NCBI GenBank assembly: GCA_038087875.1
Contig: CM075993.1
Coordinates: 6,946,001 to 7,010,000 of the forward strand
DNA length: 64,000 bases
Source: Malacoraja senta
Lineage: Eukaryota
Direction: 5' to 3'
The translations under genes were made by a program, and so were the position numbers. Position 1 is the stretch's first letter. Each line of letters opens with the position of its first letter. The notes below the pieces were generated by a model that was not told where the DNA came from, searched no databases, and was given only the letters and a program-made list of their open reading frames with translations. Below are positions 49,612 through 62,470 of the stretch, piece by piece.

Positions 49612-52600
49612 CTATGTTTGTAATAATTCTATAAATGCAGACCACGTCAGGTGGAAGTGATCTGGTTTACCTGCTAGGAGGAGTCTTATCTCTTCAAGGT
49701 GTAGTGTTTCAAACATATTTGAAATCCACATATTTATAGTTGGTATTGGAGCCTTCTTCCAAAATTTTAGAATTAGCTTTTTTCCAGTTATTAACCCATA
49801 ATCCATTAATTTCTTTTGAAACACATTTAGTTCTGGATCATCTTCCGTTATTCCGAAGATAATCCATTCTGCTTTGGGTATCAGTCTTGTTTTAAATAAC
49901 TTTGTAAAGATTTCAAAAATTTCATTCCAAAATTTTTGAATTTTTGTACAGAAGACAAATGAGTGCGCTATAGTTGCTTCTTGGGATTGACATTTATCAC
50001 AAATAGATGATACGTTTGGGAAAATTTTATGAATTTTAGTTTTCGAATAATATAATCTATGTAAAATTTTAAATTGTATTAAAGTGTGTCTTACATTAAT
50101 CGAGCATTTATGTACTTTTAATAAGTATTCATTCCAACTTTCCTTTGAAATTTTAATAGCTAACTCTTGTTCCCAGTCTCTTCTGATACCCTCCGTAGAT
50201 GGTATTTGTACATTTAAGATAATATTGTACAAATATGATATTAAGTTTGTTGATTCCGCTTTTGTCTGCATTGCCTCGTCCAGTACATCTGCTGGGTTAT
50301 TATGATGATCTTTTATATATTTTTTCAAATAGTCGCATATTTGAAAGTATTTAAAATATTGATTATTTCCGAGTTTATATTTTATTTGTAATTGTTGAAA
50401 TGAAAGTAATTTTCCAGTTTCATACAAGTCACCAAGCGTTTTAATTCCTAGTCTATCCCATTGTGTATAAGCTTTATCTATAATAGAAGGACTAAACGAA
50501 GGGTTATTGACTATAGGTAATAAAAGTGATAAGTTTCTTAATTTTAAATTTTGTTTTATTTGTTTCCAAATACGGATTGTACTATGAATAATTGGGTTCT
50601 TATTATAGTTTATGTTATTCAATTTCATTGGAGAGAGGAGGATCGCTCCAATGTTTCTAGAGGAGCAATCCTCTTTCTCCATTACAATCCAGTCTACTTG
50701 CTGGGCGGAGTTATTCATCAGTTGAATCATGTTTTTAATATTTACTGACCAATAATAATACATAAAATTGGGTAGTGCTAGACCCCCCAATACTTTAGAT
50801 TTATTCAGATGGGTTTTTTGTATTCTATGTGATTTATAGTCCCATATAAAATTAGTGATATCTGAGTCGAGTTTTTTAAAAAACTTCTTAGGTAAGTATA
50901 TAGGAATTGATTGAAATAGGTATAAAATTTGTGGTAAAAAGATCATTTTTATTGCGTTTATTCGGCCTATTAAAGACATCGGAAGCGTTTTCCAGAATTT
51001 AATTAATGTATTCAGTTTATTAAGTAGGGGGTCAAAATTTGCCCTGAGCATACCTTGATATGCTCTGGTAATTTCGATTCCCAAATATTTAAATTTTTCT
51101 GTAGCTATTTTAAAAGGGAATTTTAAAAGATGTGTTGAATCTTTCGGTTTTATTGACATAATTTCACTTTTATTCCAATTTATTCTATATCCAGAAAAAG
51201 ATCCGAAGTCTTCAATTAAATGTAATATATTTGGTATAGTGATTTGAGGTTTTGTAATATACAATAATATATCATCCGCGTATAAAGATATTTTATTATA
51301 TGAGTCTTTAGTATTATATCCATGAATATCAGGGTGTATTCTAATTTTTTCTGCTAGCGGTTCAATAATGAGAGCAAACAGCTGTGGTGATAATGAGCAT
51401 CGTTGTCTATTTCCCCTTGATAGTTGAAATTTCGAGGATAATATGTTATTAGTAAGTATTCTAGCTGTAGGTTTGTTATATAGTAACTTAATCCATAAAA
51501 TAAAATTCTCTCCCAGTTGAAATTTTTGTAATACTTTATCCATATAATTCCATTCTACTTGATCAAATGCTTTTTCAGCATCCAGCGAAATAATTGATAA
51601 TTCTTGATCTTCAGATTTGTGTGAGTGCATTATGTTGAGTAGACGTCTCATATTATTAGAAGAGTATCTCTTAGGGATAAACCCTGTCTGATCTGGATTT
51701 ATTAATTTACTAATGTATTTACTTAATCTTCTGGCTAATGTTTTCGCTAATATTTTTTGATCTGTGTTTAACAATGCTATAGCTCTATATGAGCCAGGTT
51801 CTTCTAAATCCTTATTTTTCTTAGGTATTAATGTAATCGTTGATTCCGCTAATGTATCAGGTAGTATTCGTTTTTTAAAAGCGTATTGGTACATTTATTG
51901 TAATCTTGGTATTATTTTATCATAAAAGTTTTTATAAAATTCATTAGTAAATCCATCAGGGCCTGGTGTTTTTCCATTTTTTAGTGAGTTTATTGTATCT
52001 TCTAATTCCTTAATTGAGATTTGTGCACCCAGTTCCTCTTGTTCCTTCAGCTCTAACTTTGGAAGATTACAGGTATCCAAGAACTTTGTGATATTATTGG
52101 AATCAATTATCGTTTTAGATGTATACAAATTCTCGTAAAATTGCGCAAATCTTTTATTAATATCCTTCGGTGTTGTTAATAATTCCCCTTTATCTGATTT
52201 GATCTTTGGTATAGTATGTTCCTTTTCTCGTTTTTTTAGCTGGCGAGCCAAAAGTTTATGCGGTTTATCCCCAAATTCAAAGTGCTCTTGTTTTGTAATT
52301 TGAAAAAGTCTTATAAGTTTGGCAGATAATAATTTATTTAATTTAAATTTTAAAATTATTATTTTATTATGTTTATCTATTGTTGGATCTTTAGCATTAT
52401 CTATATCCATTTGTCTAATAAGTTCTTCTAACTGTCTTTGTTCATTCTTATTCTTTTTATTTTGAAAAGCTTGATATGAAATTATAATACCCCTAATGTA
52501 TGCTTTAAAAGATTCCCAAAGTAAAGTAGGCGATATATCTGAAGTATCATTTGTTTGAAAAAAGACCTCCATTTGTTCTTTTAAATATATACTCGCTTGT

Positions 52601-53403
52601 GGATCTTTTAAAATTTGAGAGTTAAATCTCCAGAATGAATTATTCTTAGACAATCCTTCCAGTTTTAAAAAGAAAGTTAGTGGAGAATGGTCTGAAATTG
52701 AATTTGTATGATATATTGCATTAGATGTTTGGGGGATTAATTTTGTATCCAGCAGAAAGTAGTCTATACGTGAGTATGTCTTATGTACCATTGAGTAAAA
52801 CGAATATTCCCTGCCAGTTGGATTCACAATTCTCCAAACATCTGCTATATTAGTGTTGTTTATGTAGGTATTGAGGAGTTCCCCAGTTTTCGATTTCATA
52901 TTCCCTCTCTGTTTTTGACTTGATTTATCTAAGTACGGGTCTAAAACACAATTAAAGTCTCCGCCTATTATAACATTTTGATAGTTTGACTCTGCAATTA
53001 TATTGAAGATTTTATTGAAAAAGTGGGGGTTATCAAAGTTAGGGGCATATATATTTACCAAAGTAAGTGGAGTGTCATGGATTTCTCCATTAACTATTAG
53101 GTATCTCCCTTCTATATCTGTTATAATATTCTTTGCTTTAAATGGTATACCTTTTCTTATGATAATTGACGTGCCTCTAGATTTTGAAGTGAATGAAGAG
53201 TGGTATGTTTGACCTATCCATTTCGCCCTCAGCCTAACTTGGTCCTGAGGTTTTAGGTGTGTTTCTTGTAGGAAGGTAATGTCAGAATTATACATTTTTA
53301 GCTGAGCTAATATCTTACCCCTTTTGATAGGTTCATTAATACCTCTTATATTCCAACTACAAAATGAGACTCCTCCTAGGTTCTTTTGTGTGGTGTCATG
53401 CAT
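49612..53403 (-). pseudogene. L1 ORF2 (APE endonuclease, RT, CCHC) with a single in-frame TAA at 51895-51897
   Basis: SWNIRG, QETH, GDFN, SDH; LDAEKAFD, LYADD; CDKC..H..C. The 502-aa and 760-aa ORFs are in frame and abut (CAA TAA ATG). Confidence 0.95.
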
Positions 53404-54208
53404 TTTGAATAATTATAGTACCTTTGAATCTTGTGGTGCGTCCATATCCCAGGTCTTTAGGTATTGGGGGAGTTTTTGAATTATTAACTTTTGTTGGTAT
53501 GTCCATATTATTCTTATCACTAAACACAAAACACAAACAAGTGATTTTATGTAATAAAAAAAAAACTAAAAAAGTGAGGCTACAGTGTCTATAGTCGGCA
53601 CTGTAGCAAGTGACCCACCTGTAGGTGGGAAAAAACCTTATTTTGACTTCCATTGCGTTGTTGCTCAACTCGCTCCGCTCTCTTAGTTAATCATAACATA
53701 TTAAAATATTAAAACGAGGCCTCACATTCATATATATAATACAATTTTACCCTGATATTTCCTTATAACATATATATATATCAGAGTTTAATTATTAAAC
53801 CAATATTTTTGATTTCAATAAGAATCAGCTGTTGGTTGAAGGGGTTAACGAGACGTGCTCCTGGACATAAGCCAGGAGCTCGTTTCTCATCCCCTCCTCC
53901 CGCTTATAGACAAGGTTACAATTTATTAAAAATTCATATTAGTATGTTAGTTCATTATTTTTTTGTTTTTTTTGTTAGTATTCTAATCTAACCTGCATAA
54001 CTTTTAAAGTTGTTAATAGGATAAGTTCTTACAATTGGTTATAACATTTTAATCAATAAGCAATTATTTTCTAATTCATATCCCGTTATAAAGTTGTTTA
54101 CACGTTTTGAACAGAAAATGTCCTTGCTTCAACATTCCGGAGATAACAGTGTAACTATCCCCAGACAAAACATAGCTGAGAATTATTCGGATCTGCCAAA
54201 GCTCCCTT

Positions 54209-55279
54209 TTATTTCTGTCTTTCAACAATCGTTTGGGCATATTTGAAAGCGTCTTCAGGCTTAACAAATGACTTTTCAAGACCATTAAAAGAAATACGCA
54301 TTTTAGCGGGATAAAAAACCCCGAATCTGACCCCTTCTCTCCCTCTTAAAAGATCTTTAACCTTATCAAATTTGTTTCTTTTTTGCACAATTTCATGTGG
54401 GTAGTCCCTGAATATCTTAATAGTGTCTTTGTCCAGCCGTAATTGTACACCATATTTGATATGGGTCATAACATATTCCAGTTCTGCAGTGTCTCGAAAT
54501 TTCACTATAATATGTCGTGGATAAGCTTTTCCCGCATCAAATCTTTTTCCAAATCTTGGGACACGATGAGCCACTTCGATTTTCGGTTCCTTGGGAAGAT
54601 TCAACAGTTGTTTCAACAAGCCCATGGCAAATTCACGTACCTGTTCCCCTTCTGCCCCCTCTGAAACACCAAGAATCCTCAGATTCTGGCGTCTAGAACG
54701 AGCTTCCAGGTCCAGGCATTTGAATGAGACTTTCTCTAATTGAGTCCCCATTTGTAGTGATGCTTGTTCGTTTTCTCGCCTCATTTGCTCATGTTCTTGC
54801 CTCAATTTCGCCATGTCTTCAACCAGTCGTGCCGTATTTTTCTCCAATTCCGTGATTGTCTGCATACTTGCAGCTACTGTTTCAAGTACAGCCGTGAACT
54901 TATCCGTAGTAATTACATCCATCTTATCCATTTTCTCTGATAGTCCATCTTTCACCTCATCAATTCGTTTATTCATAGTGTCCAGTAAATCCGTCATATT
55001 CTTCTGGTTACCAGCATTTAAATCCTTCATCATCTTCTGCATTCCTTCCATCATTTTTGCCGAATTTTCCTTCATTTCCTTCTTATCTTCCACCCTATTA
55101 TCCGAGATCTCATCTTTCAAATTTTTCATTGATTTTTTCAAGTCATCAAAGTCTTTCTTAGATCTTGTATCCATTTCTGCAGCCACTTCAGAGACTTCAG
55201 AGGTAACTTCAGTTTCGAACTGTTTCGACAGTTTATTCACAGCTCTCTGAGGGCTCACAGCTGGAGTCAATTTACTCAT
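54209..55279 (-). CDS. L1 ORF1p (coiled coil, RRM, CTD), 356 aa, intact
   Basis: Heptad-rich N-terminus, DLEARSRRQNLRILGV, AHR, PRHIIVKF, YPAKMRI. Confidence 0.93.
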   Translation of the reverse strand: MSKLTPAVSPQRAVNKLSKQFETEVTSEVSEVAAEMDTRSKKDFDDLKKSMKNLKDEISDNRVEDKKEMKENSAKMMEGMQKMMKDLNAGNQKNMTDLLDTMNKRIDEVKDGLSEKMDKMDVITTDKFTAVLETVAASMQTITELEKNTARLVEDMAKLRQEHEQMRRENEQASLQMGTQLEKVSFKCLDLEARSRRQNLRILGVSEGAEGEQVREFAMGLLKQLLNLPKEPKIEVAHRVPRFGKRFDAGKAYPRHIIVKFRDTAELEYVMTHIKYGVQLRLDKDTIKIFRDYPHEIVQKRNKFDKVKDLLRGREGVRFGVFYPAKMRISFNGLEKSFVKPEDAFKYAQTIVERQK

Positions 55280-55471
55280 TTAAAGGGCTTCAAACCACCG
55301 TTTAAAACATCGCGTTTAACGATGACGTCATCAGCGCGGTAACCAGAAGCTCCGGTAAGGTTTTTAAAACAATCCCGATTTTCGGACCCGTTTTACACGA
55401 TAAATCGTGAAGTTTTTCGGGAGAGGAGCTGGGTGCACGTCTGTTAGTCTAACATGACGCCACCGGAAGTC
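55280..55471 (-). promoter_or_regulatory. Short CpG-rich L1 5' UTR, putative internal promoter
   Basis: ETS-type CCGGAAGT at 55463-55470, CRE palindrome TGACGTCA at 55323-55330, retained CpGs. Confidence 0.6.
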
Positions 55472-57249
55472 GTAGTAAGAGATTTTGAGTGGATCAGAGG
55501 GGGACCGTATTCACCAGAGCGGTAGGTACCTCAAATACACTGCCTGTGAGAATTGTGAGAATTGTGGAAGCAGAGTTCCCAACAGCATTTAAGAATGGTT
55601 AGATGAGCGCTGGAATCATCTAGGCATAAGACTATAGGCCAGGTGCTGAAAGGTGAGACTTGTAATGGAAAGATCCCTACTGGTCGGCATGGACATGATG
55701 GGCCAAATGGCTTTTTTCCGTGCTGTATGACAACATGAGGTTTTAAATGCAAATTCAATAATCTTTTCTATGTTATGAATAGCAGTGTCAATGGATAAAA
55801 AGTGAATTAAGAACAGAAAAAAAGAGACAGGACTCTGACAAGGGTCAATGCAGAGGCCATTTGACAATATTGAAATATGGAGAAAATTTTCAGTTTGCCA
55901 GAGATAACAAACCTAAAGGTATGACAACGAGGATGATAGCAATCAACTGTAACAGGACATAGACAGACAAGCAAAATAGGTACACAATGTCAGACGGAAT
56001 TTAATATCAGAGAATTATGAAGTAATGCACTTTAGCAATAGCGATGGGGAGAGATGATATAGACTTAATGACACAGGTCTAAAGAGTATAGTGAAACAGG
56101 ACAATCTGGCAGTTCAGCTACATAGGTTTATAAAGCAGACAAAACATATTGAAGGATATTGCAAAGCATATGGGTTCTTGAGCTGTATAAATCTCATATT
56201 TCTTAGGAAAAAATGAAAGGCAATATAGCGCTTCAAGTCAATGCCAGTTTTCAGAGTAACCATCAATCCCTTCACTTATTACCCTGCAACACATTCTTTC
56301 CCAGATGGCATTCAAGTCCACAATTATTCTCCTACCACTCACATACATCGGGTTGCTTTACATAAATCAATTTTGCCATGAGTAGAAAAACAGGTAATTC
56401 ATGCACAAGTTTTATAAAACTCTGTTTAAAAAAATATAGATAAATACTCGACAGGTCAAGCAGCACCTGTGGACAGGGAAACAGGGTTAATGTCCCTTCA
56501 CCAGAACCACTTTAAAAAATATGTATATTTAGCAATATATTTTCAGTTCTAAAAAGAATGTTAAAGTCTTTGAGATGGTTCAAAGAGGATTTATCAAAAT
56601 GTCACATGGATGAAAAAAGAATTGGAGAACCAGGGCTCTCTGAACAAAAATAAACTGGTGAGATTCAATTGAATGATCTCCCCATGGCAGTGTGGGTCTC
56701 CATTTTCAGGAACTCCTCCCACATCCAACCTAAAAATGACCCATATTTTCCTATGATTTCTGTCCATCAACCAATTCTCAACCACTACATCGTATAATCT
56801 CAGTGCCATGTAAAGTGATTTTAATTATAGCCTTTTAAGTGGCAACCTATTGTGGCCATTGCCACAAACGGCTGTGGAGGCCAAGTTATTGGGTATTGAC
56901 AGATTTCTTGATTAATAAGGGTGTCGAGGGTTAGGCGGAGAAGGCAGGAGAATGGAGTTGAGGGAAAAATAGATCAGCCAAGATCAAAAGGTGGAGTAGA
57001 CTCGATGGTGTGAATGGCCTAATCCTGCTCCAAGATATGAACATATCACAAGGACATGTTGGAGATGGGAAAGAGAGTATGAATAGTAGAAGTGCAGTGA
57101 AATAAGGAGTGAGCGAATGGGACTGATGGGATTACTTCCAAGGGAGTTGGCACGGATTCAGTGGGCTAAACAGCCTCCTTTTGTGTCAATGTATCTGATC
57201 TTTTATCACAACACCATTCCTGTCCCTTCAATCCTTCTTTATTCCTTTA

Positions 57250-58228
57250 TGGGCCTGTCCCACAGGCGACTTTTTAGGCGACTGCAGGAGACTATGCAGT
57301 CGCCACATGGTTGCCACATGTTCGCGGGTGGTTTCCGGAGAGTCGCCTTCATGGTCGTGAGGAGTTCCCGCATTCTGGGAACTGGTTGCAGCCTCATTAT
57401 GGTCGCCACGAATTGTTCAACATGTTGAAAAATTAGTGGCGACAAGAATGAAGCCGCCATGGAGAGTAGCGAGAATCTCGAGCCGTAGGTGGGTCGCCAG
57501 GAGGTCCTAGTGGGTTGCCAAGAGGTCGAAGGTTCTTGTAGGTTCTCATAGGTTGTAACCGGTGCTGACCGGTGAATTTCATTAGCTCATTGGGAAAAAA
57601 AACATAAGCAGTAGTTTTCAGAACCAAGGATAACCTACCGGTAATGTTAAATGTCCGCCGAGCTTCACAGCCATATATCTCTGGCTTCGTAAAAGTTGTC
57701 TCTCCCCCCCCCCCCTTCTCTCCCCCCCCCCTTCTCCCCTCCCCCCCCTTCTCTCTCCCCCCCCCTTCTCTCCCCCCCCCCTTTCTCCCCCCCCCCCTTC
57801 TCTCCCCCCCCCCCTTCTCTCCCCCCCCCCCTCTCTCCCCCCCCCTTCTCTCCCCCCCCCCCCTTCTCTCCCCCCCCCTTCTCCCCCCCCTTCTCCCCCC
57901 CCTTCTCCCCCCCCCCTTCTCCCCCCCCTTCTCCCCCCCTTCTTCCCCTTTTATCGTACACTGTGCTTTAGCCGTCTTAATTACAGCGGCAACCTTCCTG
58001 TTCATCGCGGTGTGTGTCTGTATCACCTTGGCTTTGCACCGTATGAATTTCACTCAGACAGCCCTCCCCCCGCTTGCCCTGTCCCCGCCTGCGTAATGGC
58101 CTGGTGAAGGAAGCGATGTGTGTTCCACTCGGACAGTCGCCGTTCAGTTGCCGGTTTTTCAGGCGACTTCCGGCAACTTGACAGTCGCCGGCAGTCGCCT
58201 GAAAACTCGCCTGAGTGGGACAGGCCCA
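57250..58228. mobile_element. PIF/Harbinger-like non-autonomous DNA transposon
   Basis: Perfect 14-bp TIRs TGGGCCTGTCCCAC / GTGGGACAGGCCCA; TTA TSD at 57247-57249 and 58229-58231; subterminal GTCGCC repeats. Confidence 0.9.
57699..57952. repeat. Polypyrimidine (CnTTCT)n low-complexity minisatellite
   Basis: Pure C/T tract. Confidence 0.95.
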
Positions 58229-60540
58229 TTAGTCTCTAAATATTGACCAACCTCTGTTTGAATGTGATCAATGACTGAATCTCCAAACAATTCAGTAGAT
58301 GAGAATTCCATAAATTCACCACCCAGACTGAAGATTCTCATTTCAATCCTAAATGGCCTATCCCTAATTTTGAGAGGGTAACCCCTATGTTTGGAAGGAA
58401 ACATCCTCCCAGCATCTCCCCTATCTTATGAACTTGGTACATTTCATTAAGATCGCATCTCATTCATTTAAACTCTAAACAATGCATGCATACCCTACAT
58501 GATCTTTCCTCTTGTGGATGACTGGCCACCCTAGGATCAATCAGGCAAATCTTTACTGCATTCCAACTAAAACAAGTATATATGACATTAGGAAAGACAA
58601 CATTTGGAGTACGCAATACTGCAGACGTGGTCTCACTCATGCCCTATATAAGTTTAGCACTCAAATCATCTTACAATAAAGGTCAACGTAACATTTACTT
58701 TCCTAATTATCTATTTCATAAGCATATTAGCTTTCAGTGACCTGATTTTGGACAAGAGCTTCTTGAGATGTGAGGAAAACCATTTTAAGAAAGCAGATGG
58801 TAATAAATCAAAGTTCACTGCACTTCAGGTTTTGGAAGCAAGAATACTCAATGGTTTCAAAATAGAACTGGATCGGCATTTAATGGAAATTAATTTTCAG
58901 ACCTTCAAAGGTGGAAATGGTTAATGGAACTCCATAATGAGACAAGCTGGAGCTTGGATGGGCTGGATGGTCTTCTGAGTCAATTATAATTCAATGCAGC
59001 AAAACTTGGATGATATCTGGCTTGGGCTTTAAAGCAATAAGTAAAATTCATATCATCTACTGCCATCCAACTCTCATTAGCACTTCTCAGAAGGGTTTAT
59101 TTTTGTTAGGTGGACCCTCAGGATTGAGGATGGCTCGATTCCCCTGCAGTTATGTGGGTTTTGAGGTGACTAATGAGGTCATTGTGGAACCTACAGATTC
59201 TGACATAGGTGGGGCAGGAGGAGATGCCTGAATAGATGGGTGGGCATTGACGGTATCTCTTAATAGTCCATGGAGAATGGGAAAGTAAATTAACTAATAA
59301 CACACCCCTTTCAGTAAACTTCCACAACTGCCATGGCCATAGTATTCTTTTGTGCTATAAAATTACATAAATATGTGGAAAATGGTAAATTTGCATGAGT
59401 ATAGTAGGAGGCACAATGTTATAACAGTAGTATAAATGTAATTTATTGACTGGATCAGCTAGACTTAATTTGCAATACCCTGAATTAATGGTCATTTTCA
59501 AATATGGCAACGCATTTAACATCCTGGTGGGAAATTTATTATCTGTATGTCTTTGAAGCTCAGAAAAAACAATGTATCTAAAAACTCGCATTAACCTAGA
59601 TGAGTTGCAACAAAGAGCTAACTCCAACAGAATTTGGATGGTAATAAACAAAAAAGTCAAGTTGCTGCAAAGTTAGGAACTATTCCCCAATTAACTGGAA
59701 GCACATAAGTAGGAAAAGAGTAGGCCATTCAGTCTCTCAATCCTGTTTTGCCATTCATAAGTGTCATAGCTTTAACATTCCTCAAATTCATTTTCCTGCT
59801 CTTTCCCCTTAATGCATGATTCCCCTCCTGATTAGAAAAAAGATCTAACTCAGCCTTAAATACCTTAACTACACACAATGATGCTTCCCTCTGCCTACCC
59901 ACCCCCACCTCACCTAATAGCTCTGCATGAATTACTGAAATCTAGCAGACAGGTGCAGCAGGTGACAGGGCTAAGAAATATTATCCCTTATTTCAAGGGA
60001 GTTGAAATATAAAATAATGTAAGCATTGCTACAGTGGTACAAGGCACTTGTAAGCCCACTCGATAAAAAACAAATGTACTGTTAATTCATTTACGTTATT
60101 CTCATAAATTTCACAGGAGCGAATTTTTATTCCGTATCCCAAATTTCTTGGTAGTGTTTTGTGAATTCTATCAGTGCAAATTTCTGTTACATGAACTACT
60201 GTAATACAGCTATCACCTGAAACAGTTTGTCCCTAGGGCAACACTCATTTCAGGCTCCCACACCTCAGCATGGGAGTGAAGGCTAGACAAAAAAACTAGG
60301 ATCCTCGAGAAAGGCTCGAGGGAATACAGTTTAATGCAAAAAAACTGGTAAATTCAAGGTTGACATTACAATACAGAAATCTAAGATTCCGCAAGTGTTT
60401 TATGGTCACGAAACAAATGAGGAACTATTTACAAATAATTAAGATTAATCGTACTGTTATTGGTTTCCCAGCACATGTATCAAGAGACAGTGAAACACTT
60501 TGTTTTGCGTGTTATCCAGGCAAAACAATTGTGTACAGTT

Positions 60541-61151
60541 GAGTATTGTGTACAGTTTTGGTCTCCTAATTTGAGGAAGGACATCCTTGTGATGAGTATT
60601 GTGTACAGTTTTGGTCTCCTAATTTGAGGAAGGACATCCTTGTGATTGAGGCAGTGCAGCATAGGTTCACGAGATTGATCCCTGGGATGGCGGGACTGTC
60701 ATATGAGGAAAGATTGAAAAGACTAGGCTTGTATTCACTGGAGTTTAGAAGGATGAGGGGGATCTTATAGAAACATATAAAATTATAAAAGGACTGGACA
60801 AGCTAGATGCAGGAAGAATGTTCCCAATGTTGGGTGAGTCCAGAACCAGGGGCCACAGTCTTAGAATAAAGGGGAGGTCATTTAAGACTGAGGTGAGAAA
60901 AAACTTTTTCACCCAGAAGTTGTGAATTTATGGAATTCCCTGCCACAGAGGGCAGTGGAGGCCAAGTCATTGGATGGATTGAAGAGAGAGTTAGATAGAG
61001 CTCTAGGGGCTAGTGGAGTCAAGGGATATGGGGAGAAGGCAGGCACGGGTTATTGATAGAGGACATCAGCCATGATCACAATGAATGGCGGTGCTGGCTC
61101 GAAGGGCCGAATGGCCTCCTCCTGCACCTATTTTCTATGTTTCTATGTTTC
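60541..61151 (+). mobile_element. CR1 LINE 3' fragment with duplicated 5' junction
   Basis: EYCVQFWSP through the 3' UTR and (TTTCTATG)n tail; first 53 bp tandemly duplicated. Confidence 0.92.
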
Positions 61152-61648
61152 TTTTTTTTTTTTTTACATTTTTATTTATTAGAAGTACATTACATTACAA
61201 CCACATACATTAATACTCGTCATTTGTATCTTCTTACAATTAATGTACTCCCTTTATTTTTTTTATTTTTTTTACACTAGAAAAGGAAAAGATTGAAAGA
61301 AAGAAGAAAGTGAAGGAAAAAGTGAAAGTGTAGAAAAGTGTAGAAAATGTAACAACAAAAAAGGACGAAGACCCTATAAGAGCGAAATTAAAAACAAAAA
61401 AAAAAAGAGTTAAGAGATAGGCCCTAGGAAAAAAAAGAGAGGAAAAAGAAAGAAAAAAGAAATATTTTTTTTTGAGTATTACGTAAATAGGACATACCAA
61501 CTCTTCAACTATCATCCCCCCTTACCTGACCTCAATTTTTTATTTTTTTAAAGTACTTTTGCACCCTATGTTTGTAATAATTCTATAAATGCAGACCACG
61601 TCAGGTGGAAGTGATCTGGTTTACCTGCTAGGAGGAGTCTTATCTCTT
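61152..61648 (-). mobile_element. 5'-truncated L1, same family as 49182-55471
   Basis: Aligns by eye to 49197-49694; TSD ATGTTTCTATGTTTC at 61137-61151 and 61649-61663. Confidence 0.93.
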
Positions 61649-62470
61649 ATGTTTCTATGTTTCAAATCATATCGTGGCAAATCGTAATCGTAATGGTGGC
61701 GGAGCATAGATTTAAGATCAATGTCCAGAGGCCACAAGAGGAAAGAAAACTGCAGGGAAATGGAACCGTGGATTAGTCGGATGAAGCTGCAAAATAGAGG
61801 CAACCTTCAAATTACTGCAGGGGTTGATTTCCTAGAAAAAGATCCACAATTCCCATTTTCCATGGTGAAGCACATCATCCATCAAGAAATACAGTGGAAT
61901 AGAAAATTGTGCATATTTAGGCTTTTAGGTAGGCACATGAATATGCAGGGATTGGAGGGACATGAATCAGTTGCAGGCAGAGATTTGTTTAATTTGGCAT
62001 TATAATCGGCACAGATATTGTGGGCCTAAGGGCCTGTTCCTGCGCTGTACCATGCTAAGTTCTGTGTCACATAAATCACGTGAGCGTGAATTTTATTCCA
62101 TATCCAAAATATCTGGGTAGTGATTTGTCATCATCTACATGGAATCGCCAGCCCGCAAATTATGATTGATTTCCTTTGTCAGAGCACGAAGTGTGTGTGT
62201 GTGAGTGTGTCTGTCTTTCTGTCTCTATGTCTGCATATGTATGTCTGTGTGAGACGAAAAGTTGGAGTAACTCAGCAGGTCAAGCAACATCTCTGGAGAA
62301 AAGGAATAGTTGACGTTTTGGGTCGAGACCCTTCTTCAGACTCACAGGGGAAAGGGAAACAAGGTATATTATGGAAAAAATGAAAAAAGTTTAGTATATA
62401 TATATGTGTGTGTGGGGATATATATGAAATTATATATATATACACGCACACACACACACACGCACATATA

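Larger units (their letters stand above)
49182..55471 (-). mobile_element. Full-length L1 retrotransposon (~6.3 kb)
   Basis: 5' GACTTCCGG, ORF1, ORF2, AATAAA and ~30-nt polyA; TSD GTAGTAAGAGATTTT at 49171-49185 and 55472-55486 (last four bases overlap the tail); inserted into an old CR1. Confidence 0.97.

Noticed and set aside
53396..53668. Third L1 ORF (90 aa) in the inter-ORF spacer
   Set aside because: Non-ATG start call, no recognisable motif; expected by chance.
57433..58096. Extensin-like SPPP ORFs
   Set aside because: Translation of a C/T minisatellite inside a MITE.
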